Shown here piece after piece: positions 32,816 through 41,565 of a stretch of 64,000 bases of DNA. The stretch comes from Peptococcaceae bacterium BRH_c4a. GTDB lineage: Bacteria; Bacillota; Desulfotomaculia; Desulfotomaculales; Desulfocucumaceae. Position 1 is the stretch's first letter, and every line of letters begins with the position of its first letter. A program made the translations under genes and the position numbers. The stretch lies in NCBI GenBank assembly GCA_000961585.1, contig LADN01000053.1, forward strand, positions 438 through 64,437. The letters are read 5' to 3'. The notes under the pieces were generated by a model. That model saw only the letters and a program-made list of their open reading frames with translations. It did no database searches and had not been told where the DNA came from.

Positions 32816-34063
32816 TCATTCCAGTGAAGTGATTGATATCCCCCTGGTATGCATGGTGTGAGCCCACTCAGTTTGATTTCCGTGCTTGAACAGACCAACA
32901 ATTGTAACAGGAAACCAGGTCAGGCCATATATGGGATAAGTTATGTAATAGTAGTAGGCTTCCTTTGGAGCCCCTTCCAAGTACAGCCCCAGCATGGGAT
33001 AGCTGTATCCCAGCACCCCGAACAGAACCCAGAACCATCCCGGCATCATTGAGGTTATGGGTGAAGCGTAGATGGGTTCGGGGAACAACACCGCCACCGC
33101 TGTAATGAGCATATTTACCAGCATGGTCATTATGAGAAAAGGTTGAAATAGGTATATTGCCGCATCTATGGGGTACCATTTTCTCTCCCTGATACCCTTT
33201 TTAATGAGGGGTATCATATAACGCAGGGCTACATCCCAGTGGCCCTGCAGCCAGCGGGTGCGCTGTCTCCAGGTCTGAGAAAAATACACCGGCTTTTCAT
33301 CGTATACCTTACAGTCGTGAGCCCAGGCAGTCTTTATGCCGTTTTGCAAAAGCTTCATGGTAAATTCCAGGTCTTCGGTCAGGCATGTGGCTCCCCAGCC
33401 GTACTCCCTGATCAGGCTGTATTCCAGACACAGCCCCGTTCCTCCCAGGGCATTTGACAGCCCCAGATTATAGCGGGCCAACTGCCACATACGGTTCATG
33501 GACCAGTAGGCGGTGGCGTAACAGGCGGTAACCCAGGAGTCGTTGGGATTCTTTGTATCCAGGTAGCCCTGAATGGATCGGTGGCCCTGTTTTAACTTGG
33601 CGTTCATCTCCAGAAGGAAATTTGACGAAACCACGTTATCGGCGTCAAATAAGCAAATAGCATCATATTGCTTATCTTCCATCTTATTTAATTCGTTAAA
33701 CATCCATTCCAGGGCAAACCCTTTACCACGTAGTGTTGAAAACCGTTCAAACACATTCACGCCTTCACGGCGGGCCACTTCAGCAGTTTGGTCGGTGCAA
33801 TTGTCGGCTATTATGTAAATGTCGTAAAGTTCGGCAGGGTAATTCAATTTCCTGAGACTTTCAATATGGTAGCGGATAACTGCCTCTTCGTTATGTGCTG
33901 CGGTCAGTAGTGCGAATCGTTTGACCGGAGTGTAGTCTTTTCGTTCCTCATGCTTTTTCCAGCCAAAAAATGATACAAAATAGTAGTACATCAAAACGAA
34001 CAGGATTACCGCTTCGGATAGGGTAACAATAGCCGTAAGCGCATAAAACAACCAACCGTCCAA
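32816..34063 (-). CDS. Membrane-integrated family-2 glycosyltransferase (processive synthase type)
   Basis: 415 aa. N-terminal TM, then AHNEE, LFDADN, TEDLE and the QRTRW (QxxRW) motif, followed by 4 C-terminal TM helices. Confidence 0.85.
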   Translation of the reverse strand: MDGWLFYALTAIVTLSEAVILFVLMYYYFVSFFGWKKHEERKDYTPVKRFALLTAAHNEEAVIRYHIESLRKLNYPAELYDIYIIADNCTDQTAEVARREGVNVFERFSTLRGKGFALEWMFNELNKMEDKQYDAICLFDADNVVSSNFLLEMNAKLKQGHRSIQGYLDTKNPNDSWVTACYATAYWSMNRMWQLARYNLGLSNALGGTGLCLEYSLIREYGWGATCLTEDLEFTMKLLQNGIKTAWAHDCKVYDEKPVYFSQTWRQRTRWLQGHWDVALRYMIPLIKKGIRERKWYPIDAAIYLFQPFLIMTMLVNMLITAVAVLFPEPIYASPITSMMPGWFWVLFGVLGYSYPMLGLYLEGAPKEAYYYYITYPIYGLTWFPVTIVGLFKHGNQTEWAHTMHTRGISITSLE

Positions 34064-34743
34064 AGCATAACCCCTTTCTCTCCAAAGTTTATTTTAAAAT
34101 AGTTTGTCCTTTTCTTAGAAGCTTATTCCATCAGGCTTTGGCACATTCCTGTTATATCCGGGCAAGTTCCGCAGCCTCAACAATTTTACCAGAAAATTTC
34201 AGCGCAATCAACTTCTAATATACCCTCCCTGGTTATAATTTTTCTCTGTTGCCGGACAATATATATTGAAAAAGTAAATGCCAATCTTTACCCCTTTAAG
34301 TATACAGAATATATCTTACCACTTACTTTACAACCAGTCCAGAATTTTTTCCAACTTTTTTATTAAACCCAAAATAATATCTCCAATTTCTACTTTCACT
34401 TTTTAAGGGGCTTTCGTTTTCATATTCCTATAAAAATCCCACTGTTATTAGAGTAAACCTACAGCATCGACAAAATATTCAGTTATTAATAACATTAGCC
34501 CAGTTCTTCCATACCACTGTTTTTGCTTGTTGCCGTGGATATTCCCTGGTAATATACTTAATAGTATTGTTGTTGTTAGAATTAATTTATCCTGAATTCG
34601 GGGTGCATAAACATGCGGAAAAAGCTAATTATTCTCATTTTTTTTGTTGCTGGCGGCTGTTCCCGGTTATGTCAGGAATCAGCCCCTGTTAGAGAGCGTC
34701 TTCGGGTGACACTTTTCTGACTTGAATAATTTCCCGGGCAAGT

Positions 34744-34764
34744 AAAAAACCGCCCAACGGGCGG
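34744..34764 (-). terminator. Intrinsic terminator ending the murE-like 3' region
   Basis: On the minus strand, CCGCCC-GTT-GGGCGG is followed by TTTTTT. It lies 140 nt beyond the stop codon, and repeat tracts fill the gap. Confidence 0.65.
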
Positions 34765-34905
34765 ACTGGAATCCAGAATCACATGCCGCTGATGCGGCAA
34801 CATCATAGTACGAAAATGAAGTATTCTTTTCTCTATGCTTGGCTGATTGCTGACAGCTATTTTCAAAGTAAAGCTTATAGCTTACAGCTTATCGCTTACC
34901 GCCAT
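34765..34905. repeat. Mosaic repeat tracts in the murE-like 3' region
   Basis: AGCTTAT/AGCTTAC/AGCTTAT/CGCTTAC (34872-34899) abut the stop codon. Also present are GCTGATT-GCTGACA (34842-34855), GGAATCCAGAATCAC (34768-34782) and the hairpin GCCGC-TGAT-GCGGC. Confidence 0.75.
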
Positions 34906-36429
34906 TTACCCTTCCGCCGCTGTGTCCAAAAAATTTCTACCCCTTTTCAGCAGATCTTTTATTACCTCCTTGTCGTCGAAGGGAATCATTTTGTCATAGT
35001 AAAATTGCGATGTTTCATGGCCCTTTCCGGCTATAAAAACCTCGTCCCTCTGTCCGGCCATTTCCAGAGCAGTTTTAATGGCGTTGTAGCGATCTGTGAT
35101 AATATAATAATCCCTGTTAAGCTCTTTGTCGTACCGCTTAAATCCCTCTTCTATATCTCCGGCCACCTTTTCCGGGCTTTCACTGAACATGTTGTCGGTG
35201 GTTATGATACTTATGTCGGCATGTCTGGCGGCAATTTCTCCCATCATTGAGCGCTTGGTGGCGTCTTTTCCCCCTTCGCACCCAAAAACCACTATTCTTC
35301 TGGATCCCGCTTTCTTTTCACAATAGGTTAAAAGGCTGGCCAATCCGTCGGGGTTGTGCGCAAAATCCACTATCACGTCAAAGGGCTGACCGCACTCCAC
35401 TTTTTCAAATCTCCCGGGTACGTTGGCGAGAGATCTCAGGCCCTTTTTTATTATTTCCAGATCCAGCCCCCGCTCATAGGCGTAGGCCGCAGCTGCCAGA
35501 GCATTGTAGATATTTACCCTTCCCGGCATATTCAGGTGCATCCTGGTAACAAGCCCGTTTTTCACATCCAGGTCAAAAGAAGATCCTTTGGAAGCCAAAG
35601 TGATATTATAGGCTCGATAATCGGCTGGATATTCCATACCGTAGGTTACTGTCGGAATAGTTATCCGATTGACAAAATCTCTGCCATATTGGTCGTCTGC
35701 GTTAATTACGGCCAATTTTTCCCTGTTTTTATTGCCCTTTTTATGGGCTATCTGGAAAAGCTTGTACTTTGAATTAAGATAGCTCCCAATGTCCTTATGA
35801 AAATCGAAATGATCGTGGGTTATATTAGTCAGAATTACGGTGTCAAACTCACATCCGTCAACCCGATTCAATTCCAGGGCATGGGATGATACTTCCATTA
35901 CCACGGACTCCACGCCTTCGTCCAGCATATTCCTGAAAATACCCTGTAATTGCAGGGAGTCTGGTGTGGTCTTGTCTGAAGGAATTACCTTGTCCATATA
36001 CCTGTAATTTATTGTGCCGATAACGCCGGCTTTTACTCCGGCTGCCTTCAGTATGGACTCGATCATGTAGGTGGTGGTGGTTTTGCCGTTTGTCCCGGTC
36101 ACACCAACCAGTTCCATCTTAGAAGTGGGGCTCCCGAATAGATGGCTTCCCGCTACGGCCTGTGCCACCCGGGCTTCAGACACGAATAGTTTGGGGCACT
36201 GGCAGGGAACATCCCTTTCCAGAACCAGCCCTACCGCTCCCTTTAAAACCGCCTCTGCCGCATATTTATGCCCATCGGTTTTAAGTCCCGGGATGCAGAA
36301 AAAGAGCGAACCCTTCCGGACTTCCTTGGAGTTGTTTGTAATGTGACTTACCTCCACGGCCAAATTGCCGCTGGAGCTGGCGCCGATGGCGTTACACAGG
36401 GCGGATAAAAGCATTATAGACTCCCCCAC
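34906..36429 (-). CDS. murE: Mur ligase family protein, MurE-like (UDP-MurNAc-tripeptide synthetase type)
   Basis: 507 aa. N-terminal MurE-type domain (ITNNSKEVRKGSLFFCIPGLKTDGHKY), P-loop GVTGTNGKTTTTYM, DFAHNPDG. The position of the DNPR/DNPA specificity motif reads TDNMFSE. The gene is not in a dcw cluster. Confidence 0.8.
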   Translation of the reverse strand: MGESIMLLSALCNAIGASSSGNLAVEVSHITNNSKEVRKGSLFFCIPGLKTDGHKYAAEAVLKGAVGLVLERDVPCQCPKLFVSEARVAQAVAGSHLFGSPTSKMELVGVTGTNGKTTTTYMIESILKAAGVKAGVIGTINYRYMDKVIPSDKTTPDSLQLQGIFRNMLDEGVESVVMEVSSHALELNRVDGCEFDTVILTNITHDHFDFHKDIGSYLNSKYKLFQIAHKKGNKNREKLAVINADDQYGRDFVNRITIPTVTYGMEYPADYRAYNITLASKGSSFDLDVKNGLVTRMHLNMPGRVNIYNALAAAAYAYERGLDLEIIKKGLRSLANVPGRFEKVECGQPFDVIVDFAHNPDGLASLLTYCEKKAGSRRIVVFGCEGGKDATKRSMMGEIAARHADISIITTDNMFSESPEKVAGDIEEGFKRYDKELNRDYYIITDRYNAIKTALEMAGQRDEVFIAGKGHETSQFYYDKMIPFDDKEVIKDLLKRGRNFLDTAAEG

Positions 36430-36710
36430 ATAATATTTGCAATTCCCGGAGCCTTGTCCGCAGCTGCAGGAAAGCTATGCCGTATCATTCAATAAGATCT
36501 ATTATATACTATAAAATTGGTTTTCTGATAAACTGCTTACAGTTCATCTATTAATTCAACATTTTCTGAAGTTTTCCTTCCGCCGTTCTGGGGAGATTAT
36601 TACCTTACTTATAAGATATTGTAATTCCAAACACATTATGATAACATATTATTATTCACCTATGTGCGCTATGCATATAAGTGAATTAGCGTAGAGGGAG
36701 GGTGTAACCA

Positions 36711-37682
36711 ATGATTTTTCCTGTTTCAGGTGTGGAGGCAAATCCATTTATACCTCCGCTGGTAGCATTTTTAGTATCTTTAATGACCGCCCCGGCAGGG
36801 GTGTCGGGGGCATTTTTGCTGCTTCCCTTTCAGATGAGCGTACTAAACTATACCAGCCCCTCGGTGAGCCCAACAAACCTCATTTATAATATTGTAGCTA
36901 TTCCCGGAGGACTATACCGATTTATTAAAGAGGGCAGGATGGCCTGGCCCCTCACCTGGGTGGTGGTGGCAGGAACCCTGCCAGGTGTTTTTCTGGGATC
37001 CTGGGTAAGAATTCAATACCTGCCGGACCCCAGGGCCTTCAAGCTGTTTGTGGGTACCGTGCTGCTATACCTGGGAGTAAAGCTGTTATTTGAGTTTACC
37101 GGGGGATCCAAAAACATAAAGACCAAAAATAAGGATCTGGAGAAAAAATTCAAAGACAGGGTGGAAAAGATTAAGAATGAGACAAACCAGAAAATTGCCG
37201 CCGGCATACCTGCAGATGCCATAATAAAAACCAAAACCTTTTCCTTAAAGCAAATTGAATACGAATTCTGGGGAGATACTTATTCATTCGGAACCATGAC
37301 AATATTTACACTGGCTCTGGTGGTGGGCCTGATAGGAGGCGTGTACGGCATAGGAGGCGGAGCCATAATCGCTCCCTTTTTCGTTTCCATTCTCAGCCTG
37401 CCGGTGTACACCGTGGCCGGGGCAGCACTGGCCGGAACCTTGATCACCTCCATAGCTGGGGTTGCTTTTTACTCCTTACTGGCCATTACCGCTGTGGGAT
37501 CAGCCGCCAATGTATCCCCGGACTGGACCCTGGGTGCGCTCTTCGGAGCAGGGGGGCTTCTGGGAACATACTGTGGAGCTTACGTTCAAAAATACCTGAA
37601 GGAAGGTTTGGTCAAGGGAGTTATGGCCTCCCTCATCATCTTCCTGGCGCTGCGGTACATAATACAGTTTTTCTTTCAATAA
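36711..37682 (+). CDS. TauE/SafE-family anion exporter-like membrane protein
   Basis: 323 aa. Two 4-TM halves with GGVYGIGGGAIIAPFF-type motifs, separated by a Lys-rich cytoplasmic loop. Confidence 0.7.
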   Translation: MIFPVSGVEANPFIPPLVAFLVSLMTAPAGVSGAFLLLPFQMSVLNYTSPSVSPTNLIYNIVAIPGGLYRFIKEGRMAWPLTWVVVAGTLPGVFLGSWVRIQYLPDPRAFKLFVGTVLLYLGVKLLFEFTGGSKNIKTKNKDLEKKFKDRVEKIKNETNQKIAAGIPADAIIKTKTFSLKQIEYEFWGDTYSFGTMTIFTLALVVGLIGGVYGIGGGAIIAPFFVSILSLPVYTVAGAALAGTLITSIAGVAFYSLLAITAVGSAANVSPDWTLGALFGAGGLLGTYCGAYVQKYLKEGLVKGVMASLIIFLALRYIIQFFFQ

Positions 37683-37718
37683 TACGTTAATACATTCACA
37701 TCAGGATGAGGTGCTCCA

Positions 37719-38144
37719 ATGTGCGCAGAAAAAGAATACGGGACAAATAAGGCTTACCCGTCAATTCCCCTGGAGAAACTGGTTCAGCCGGCTATTTTAC
37801 TGCTCCTGGCCAGGAACTCCGCCCACGGGTATGAATTGATTCAGAAACTCAGCGGCATGGATTGCGTGGACTGCGATCCGGACACGGCCACGGTATACCG
37901 GACTTTGAGGAAAATGGAGCAGGACGGCCTGGTGTTTTCCAACTGGGAGCACGGCGAATTCGGACCGGCCCGGAGACAGTACAGGCTCAGTGAAGAGGGC
38001 CTTAAATTACTTGATATGTGGGCAAGGGGCCTGGAGGCCCGTATGAGGCAGATAGATTCATTTCTTAACGACTATAAGAATTTAATCAGTGATAGTATTA
38101 CAGATGCCGCAAAGCCGGAGACGGGGGTAAAACCGAATGACTAA
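37719..38144 (+). CDS. PadR-family transcription regulator
   Basis: 141 aa. LLLLARNSAHGYELIQKL...TVYRTLRKMEQDGLV...W is the PadR winged-helix signature. Confidence 0.85.
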   Translation: MCAEKEYGTNKAYPSIPLEKLVQPAILLLLARNSAHGYELIQKLSGMDCVDCDPDTATVYRTLRKMEQDGLVFSNWEHGEFGPARRQYRLSEEGLKLLDMWARGLEARMRQIDSFLNDYKNLISDSITDAAKPETGVKPND

Positions 38145-38547
38145 TAATGATAAAGCGATTAAAATACTCAATAAATTAAACAGTAAGTGTGGAACAGACC
38201 TGATATACCCCAAATCAATTGACTTGAGCGCCGCCCTCCTGGAAGGCAGGGTAGACTATATATTCGCCTATTCATCGGTGGCCGAGCAGTTTGGTTTCTT
38301 TTTCATAAATCTGCCGGACAGGATAAACCTTTCCAATCCTACGTACGCCCATGAGTATTCCGGTGTAACCGTGACGGTTGCAGGCAAGGAGGGAGGGGTC
38401 TCCCTGGTGAAGGGAACTCCCATTGAATTTGCCGTAGCCATACCCAGGAACAGCACCAACAAAGAAGCGGCTAATATTTTTATTGAAATACTAACCAGCC
38501 CGGAGGGAGAAAAAATACTGGGGAATTGCGGGCTGATCTCTTGCTAG
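38137..38547 (+). pseudogene. Fragment of a WtpA/ModA-type oxyanion ABC substrate-binding protein (C-terminal half only)
   Basis: 136-aa ORF with no signal peptide. DYIFAYSSVAEQ...INLPDRINLSNP...FAVAIPRNSTNKEAANIFIEILTSPEGEKIL resembles the C-terminal lobe of tungstate/molybdate-binding proteins. It overlaps the padR stop (ATGA). Confidence 0.45.
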
Positions 38548-39230
38548 GACCCAGTGTGCATTAATAGAAGGCTTTTTTCCCTGACCGTTCCCTTTTCCAA
38601 TGATATAATTTTATCACCCAGGTACATGGCGTCCTCCTCGTCATGGGTAACCAGCACAAAGGGTATCTGCCAGTCTCGGTGTATCCTTTTGATCTCCTTT
38701 CTGAGAACTATTTTAGTATTTTTGTCCAGGGCGCTGAAAGGCTCATCCAGCAAAAGCAACTGGGGACGAACGGCCAGAGCTCTGGCCAGGGCAACCCGCT
38801 GCTTTTCCCCACCGGACAACTGGCGGGGGTAACGTCCGGATAGATGTCCTACGCCAAAGGAGTCCAGCAGTTTCTCAGGGTCAAAGGAGAAACCCTCTTT
38901 ATTGTTTTTCCTGCACCTAACTCCGTACTGTACGTTCTGCCTCACGGTCATGTGGGGGAAAAGGGCATAGTCCTGAAACAGGTAGCCCATATTTCTGGAG
39001 CGGGTGGGGATATCAGTTCTTTCCCCGGATGAATACAGAACCCTGCCGTTCAGTTTAATGAAACCCGATTCTGGACTGTTCAAACCGGCCAGGCAGTGTA
39101 AAACGGTGGTCTTGCCGGCGCCCGACGGACCCCACAGCACCACGATTTCATTGCCTGCCGCGAATCTTCCTTCCAGGTTGAAGCTCCACAGTTTTTTTTC
39201 AAAATTAGCTTCCAGCATTGTGATCACCAC
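38544..39230 (-). CDS. modC: Molybdate ABC transporter ATP-binding protein (short form, no C-terminal Mop/TOBE domain)
   Basis: 228 aa. Walker A GPSGAGKTT, signature LSGGEKQRVALARA, Walker B LLLLDEP. It is contiguous with modB and modA. Confidence 0.8.
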   Translation of the reverse strand: MVITMLEANFEKKLWSFNLEGRFAAGNEIVVLWGPSGAGKTTVLHCLAGLNSPESGFIKLNGRVLYSSGERTDIPTRSRNMGYLFQDYALFPHMTVRQNVQYGVRCRKNNKEGFSFDPEKLLDSFGVGHLSGRYPRQLSGGEKQRVALARALAVRPQLLLLDEPFSALDKNTKIVLRKEIKRIHRDWQIPFVLVTHDEEDAMYLGDKIISLEKGTVREKSLLLMHTGS

Positions 39231-39232
39231 GC

Positions 39233-39910
39233 TTAATAAGTTTTTAAAAAACTCCTGGCCCGGCGGTTTACCCAGAAAATTACCAGGAAGCTGAATATTG
39301 TTATTAATCCCACCAGAGTCCTGGCAGTGGCGTTGTCACCTGACTCCACAGCAAAGTATATAGCCAGGGGAATAGTCTGGGTCTGGCCGGGTATATTGCC
39401 AGCCACCATCAGGGTGGCCCCGAACTCTCCCAGCGCCCGGGCGAAGGAAAGCACCAGCCCTGCCAAAACCCCCGGCCAGGCCAGTGGTAAGGTGACGGTG
39501 AAAAAAATTCTGACCTCACCCGCCCCCAAAGTCCTGGCCGCCTTCTCATAATTCATGTCGACGCTCCCGAAGGCCGCCTTGGCGCTCTGGTACATCAGAG
39601 GAAAGGCCACCACCGTGGACGCCAGTACCGCCGCCCACCAGGTAAATATTATGGATAATCCCATGCCGGAAAGGGCCTGGCCCACTAGCCCGTTTTTACC
39701 TATCAGAATCAGCAGGCCATACCCTATTACCGAGGGCGGCAGCACCAGAGGCAGGGTTATGGCCGCCTCCAGCATTTCCTTGCCGTAAAACTCTCTGCGG
39801 GCCATCAGTCGGGCCACGGGCAGCCCCAGGAGCGTAACGGATATAACCGCAATCACGGCCACCCTGAGAGAAAGTATAACCGGATGCCAGTCAAAACCTT
39901 GTGTAAACAT
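39233..39910 (-). CDS. modB: Molybdate ABC transporter permease
   Basis: 225 aa with 5 TM helices and the EAA loop EKAARTLGAGEVRIFFTVTLPLA, typical of ModB/CysTW permeases. Confidence 0.85.
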   Translation of the reverse strand: MFTQGFDWHPVILSLRVAVIAVISVTLLGLPVARLMARREFYGKEMLEAAITLPLVLPPSVIGYGLLILIGKNGLVGQALSGMGLSIIFTWWAAVLASTVVAFPLMYQSAKAAFGSVDMNYEKAARTLGAGEVRIFFTVTLPLAWPGVLAGLVLSFARALGEFGATLMVAGNIPGQTQTIPLAIYFAVESGDNATARTLVGLITIFSFLVIFWVNRRARSFLKTY

Positions 39911-39922
39911 GATAACACCACA

Positions 39923-40702
39923 TTACTTTTTGATTGTTTTAAAACCGTACTTTTCAAAAACCGTTGCAGCCTCACGGCCGGACAAAAAAGCGGCGAACTC
40001 TTCGGAGGCATTTTTATTTCCGGTGTTCTTTATGACCGCCATGGGATAAACAACAGGTTTATGGGAACCGGCAGGGGCAGCGGCAACTATTTTGACCTCC
40101 CTGCCGGATACGGCATCGGAGCGGTAAACCAGTCCCGCATCCACATTTCCGGTTTCCACGTATGTCAGCACCTGGCGAACGTCTTTGGCCAGGACCAATT
40201 TGGGCTGAAGTTTATCCCACAGACTGATGTTGGTCAGTACTTCCTTTGCGTAGCCCCCAGCCGGCACCGTTTCCGGCGTGCCAATGCTGATTCTGGATAC
40301 ACCCGGGACGGCAAGGTCCTCAAACCCGGTGATAATGGCTTCTCTTCCGGCTATCAGCACCAGTTCATTCCCCAGCAGGTCCACCCGGGATGTTTCAATA
40401 ATCAAACCTTTGCGGGAGAGGGCGTCCATCTGTGACTTCCCTGCGGATATGAACAGGTCCGCAGGGGCGCCCTCTTCAATCTGCTTTTGTAATGTTCCGG
40501 AAGAGGAGAAATTGTATGTGATTTTGACCTCTGGATTTTTGGCTGCATAAACTGTTCTGATCTCTTCCGCAGCGTCCTTTAGACTGGCGGCGGCGGCGAC
40601 TGTAAGGTTTACCGGTTCCGGATACGCCTTTGCATTATTTCCCGCGCAGCCTGTTAAAGCCATAATAACTAGAATGAAAAATATAACAGCCGGTCTTCTC
40701 AC
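39923..40702 (-). CDS. modA: Molybdate ABC transporter substrate-binding lipoprotein
   Basis: 259 aa. Lipobox LTGCAG, then LTVAAAASLKDA...NFSSSG...ADLFISA, as in ModA. Confidence 0.85.
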   Translation of the reverse strand: MRRPAVIFFILVIMALTGCAGNNAKAYPEPVNLTVAAAASLKDAAEEIRTVYAAKNPEVKITYNFSSSGTLQKQIEEGAPADLFISAGKSQMDALSRKGLIIETSRVDLLGNELVLIAGREAIITGFEDLAVPGVSRISIGTPETVPAGGYAKEVLTNISLWDKLQPKLVLAKDVRQVLTYVETGNVDAGLVYRSDAVSGREVKIVAAAPAGSHKPVVYPMAVIKNTGNKNASEEFAAFLSGREAATVFEKYGFKTIKK

Positions 40703-40811
40703 AATATATTCCCCTTTCTAAGCGTTATAAAAAGACAGGCAGCGCCGATCGGGCGCCAGGGGCTCTTTTAAAGAACCCCACCGACCAGCCCGCCTGAATA
40801 TTTTTTCTGTA

Positions 40812-41444
40812 CTAGCCGCAGCATCTTTTGTTTATGGTGACAGACATTTCATTGCGGCTGATCGTTCTGACCTCCCAGAACAGCCTGCTGTTAATAAGCT
40901 CGGTTTCCAGCCATGGGGGGATGTGGCTGCATATTATTTCCAGCGAGTAAAACAGCCCTTTTTTGAGAAAAGGAAGAAGTGCCTGCTTCGAGGTAAAACC
41001 AGTGTTTTTCCCCTGTATTTCTTTAATTGAAATACGGTAGCAGCCACTGGAAATTTCCTGGGGAACCGGAAGTTTGCCTTTATTTACCCGGGTCTGCAGG
41101 CCATTTTCCTCCTCCTTTTCCAATACATGATCAAGGAACTGACAGGGTGTTCCCTCAATCTCCCACACGCTGAAATTTGATTTTTCCAGTTCAAAATAGG
41201 GCAGCCCGGTGATTTGAAGCCCCACAAAAATATTGCAGCCCTGTGGTAAGAAGGATTTTACCTCTTCCATTTTATTGCGCAGTTCCCTCATGCCAAAGCT
41301 TTTCTCCAAAAAGAAATGCTTTTCTTTTTGCACCTTCCATTTACCCGATGTCTTTGTGTACAGAACAATTTTACCTTTTTCATAGAGGGAAGCTGTTCTG
41401 CCGTTTTCTCCCACGAATACCGCAATATCAGCAGGCATCTTCAA
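40812..41444 (-). CDS. AnfO-like nitrogenase accessory protein
   Basis: 210 aa. The N-terminal IAVFVGENGRTASLYEKGKIVLY...W...E pattern and overall size match my recollection of the AnfO family. It follows nifB. Recognition is from memory only. Confidence 0.4.
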   Translation of the reverse strand: MKMPADIAVFVGENGRTASLYEKGKIVLYTKTSGKWKVQKEKHFFLEKSFGMRELRNKMEEVKSFLPQGCNIFVGLQITGLPYFELEKSNFSVWEIEGTPCQFLDHVLEKEEENGLQTRVNKGKLPVPQEISSGCYRISIKEIQGKNTGFTSKQALLPFLKKGLFYSLEIICSHIPPWLETELINSRLFWEVRTISRNEMSVTINKRCCG

Positions 41445-41565
41445 CTCTCCTTTTTGACAGTTTAAATAATCAGGCGCTTTACTATGTTTTTGCCCTCAAT
41501 ATGCTCATCTATTATTTCTTCCACATCATCGAGAGTTACTCCGCCTTTTCACCCTTTCATACAGC

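Noticed and set aside
40703-40811. Molybdenum-cofactor (Moco) riboswitch upstream of modA.
   Set aside because: The region folds on the minus strand into a branched hairpin ending in TCTTTTT. I could not find the conserved Moco-motif core sequences I remember. It looks more like a terminator/attenuator after the AnfO-like gene. An Infernal scan with the Rfam Moco model would settle it.
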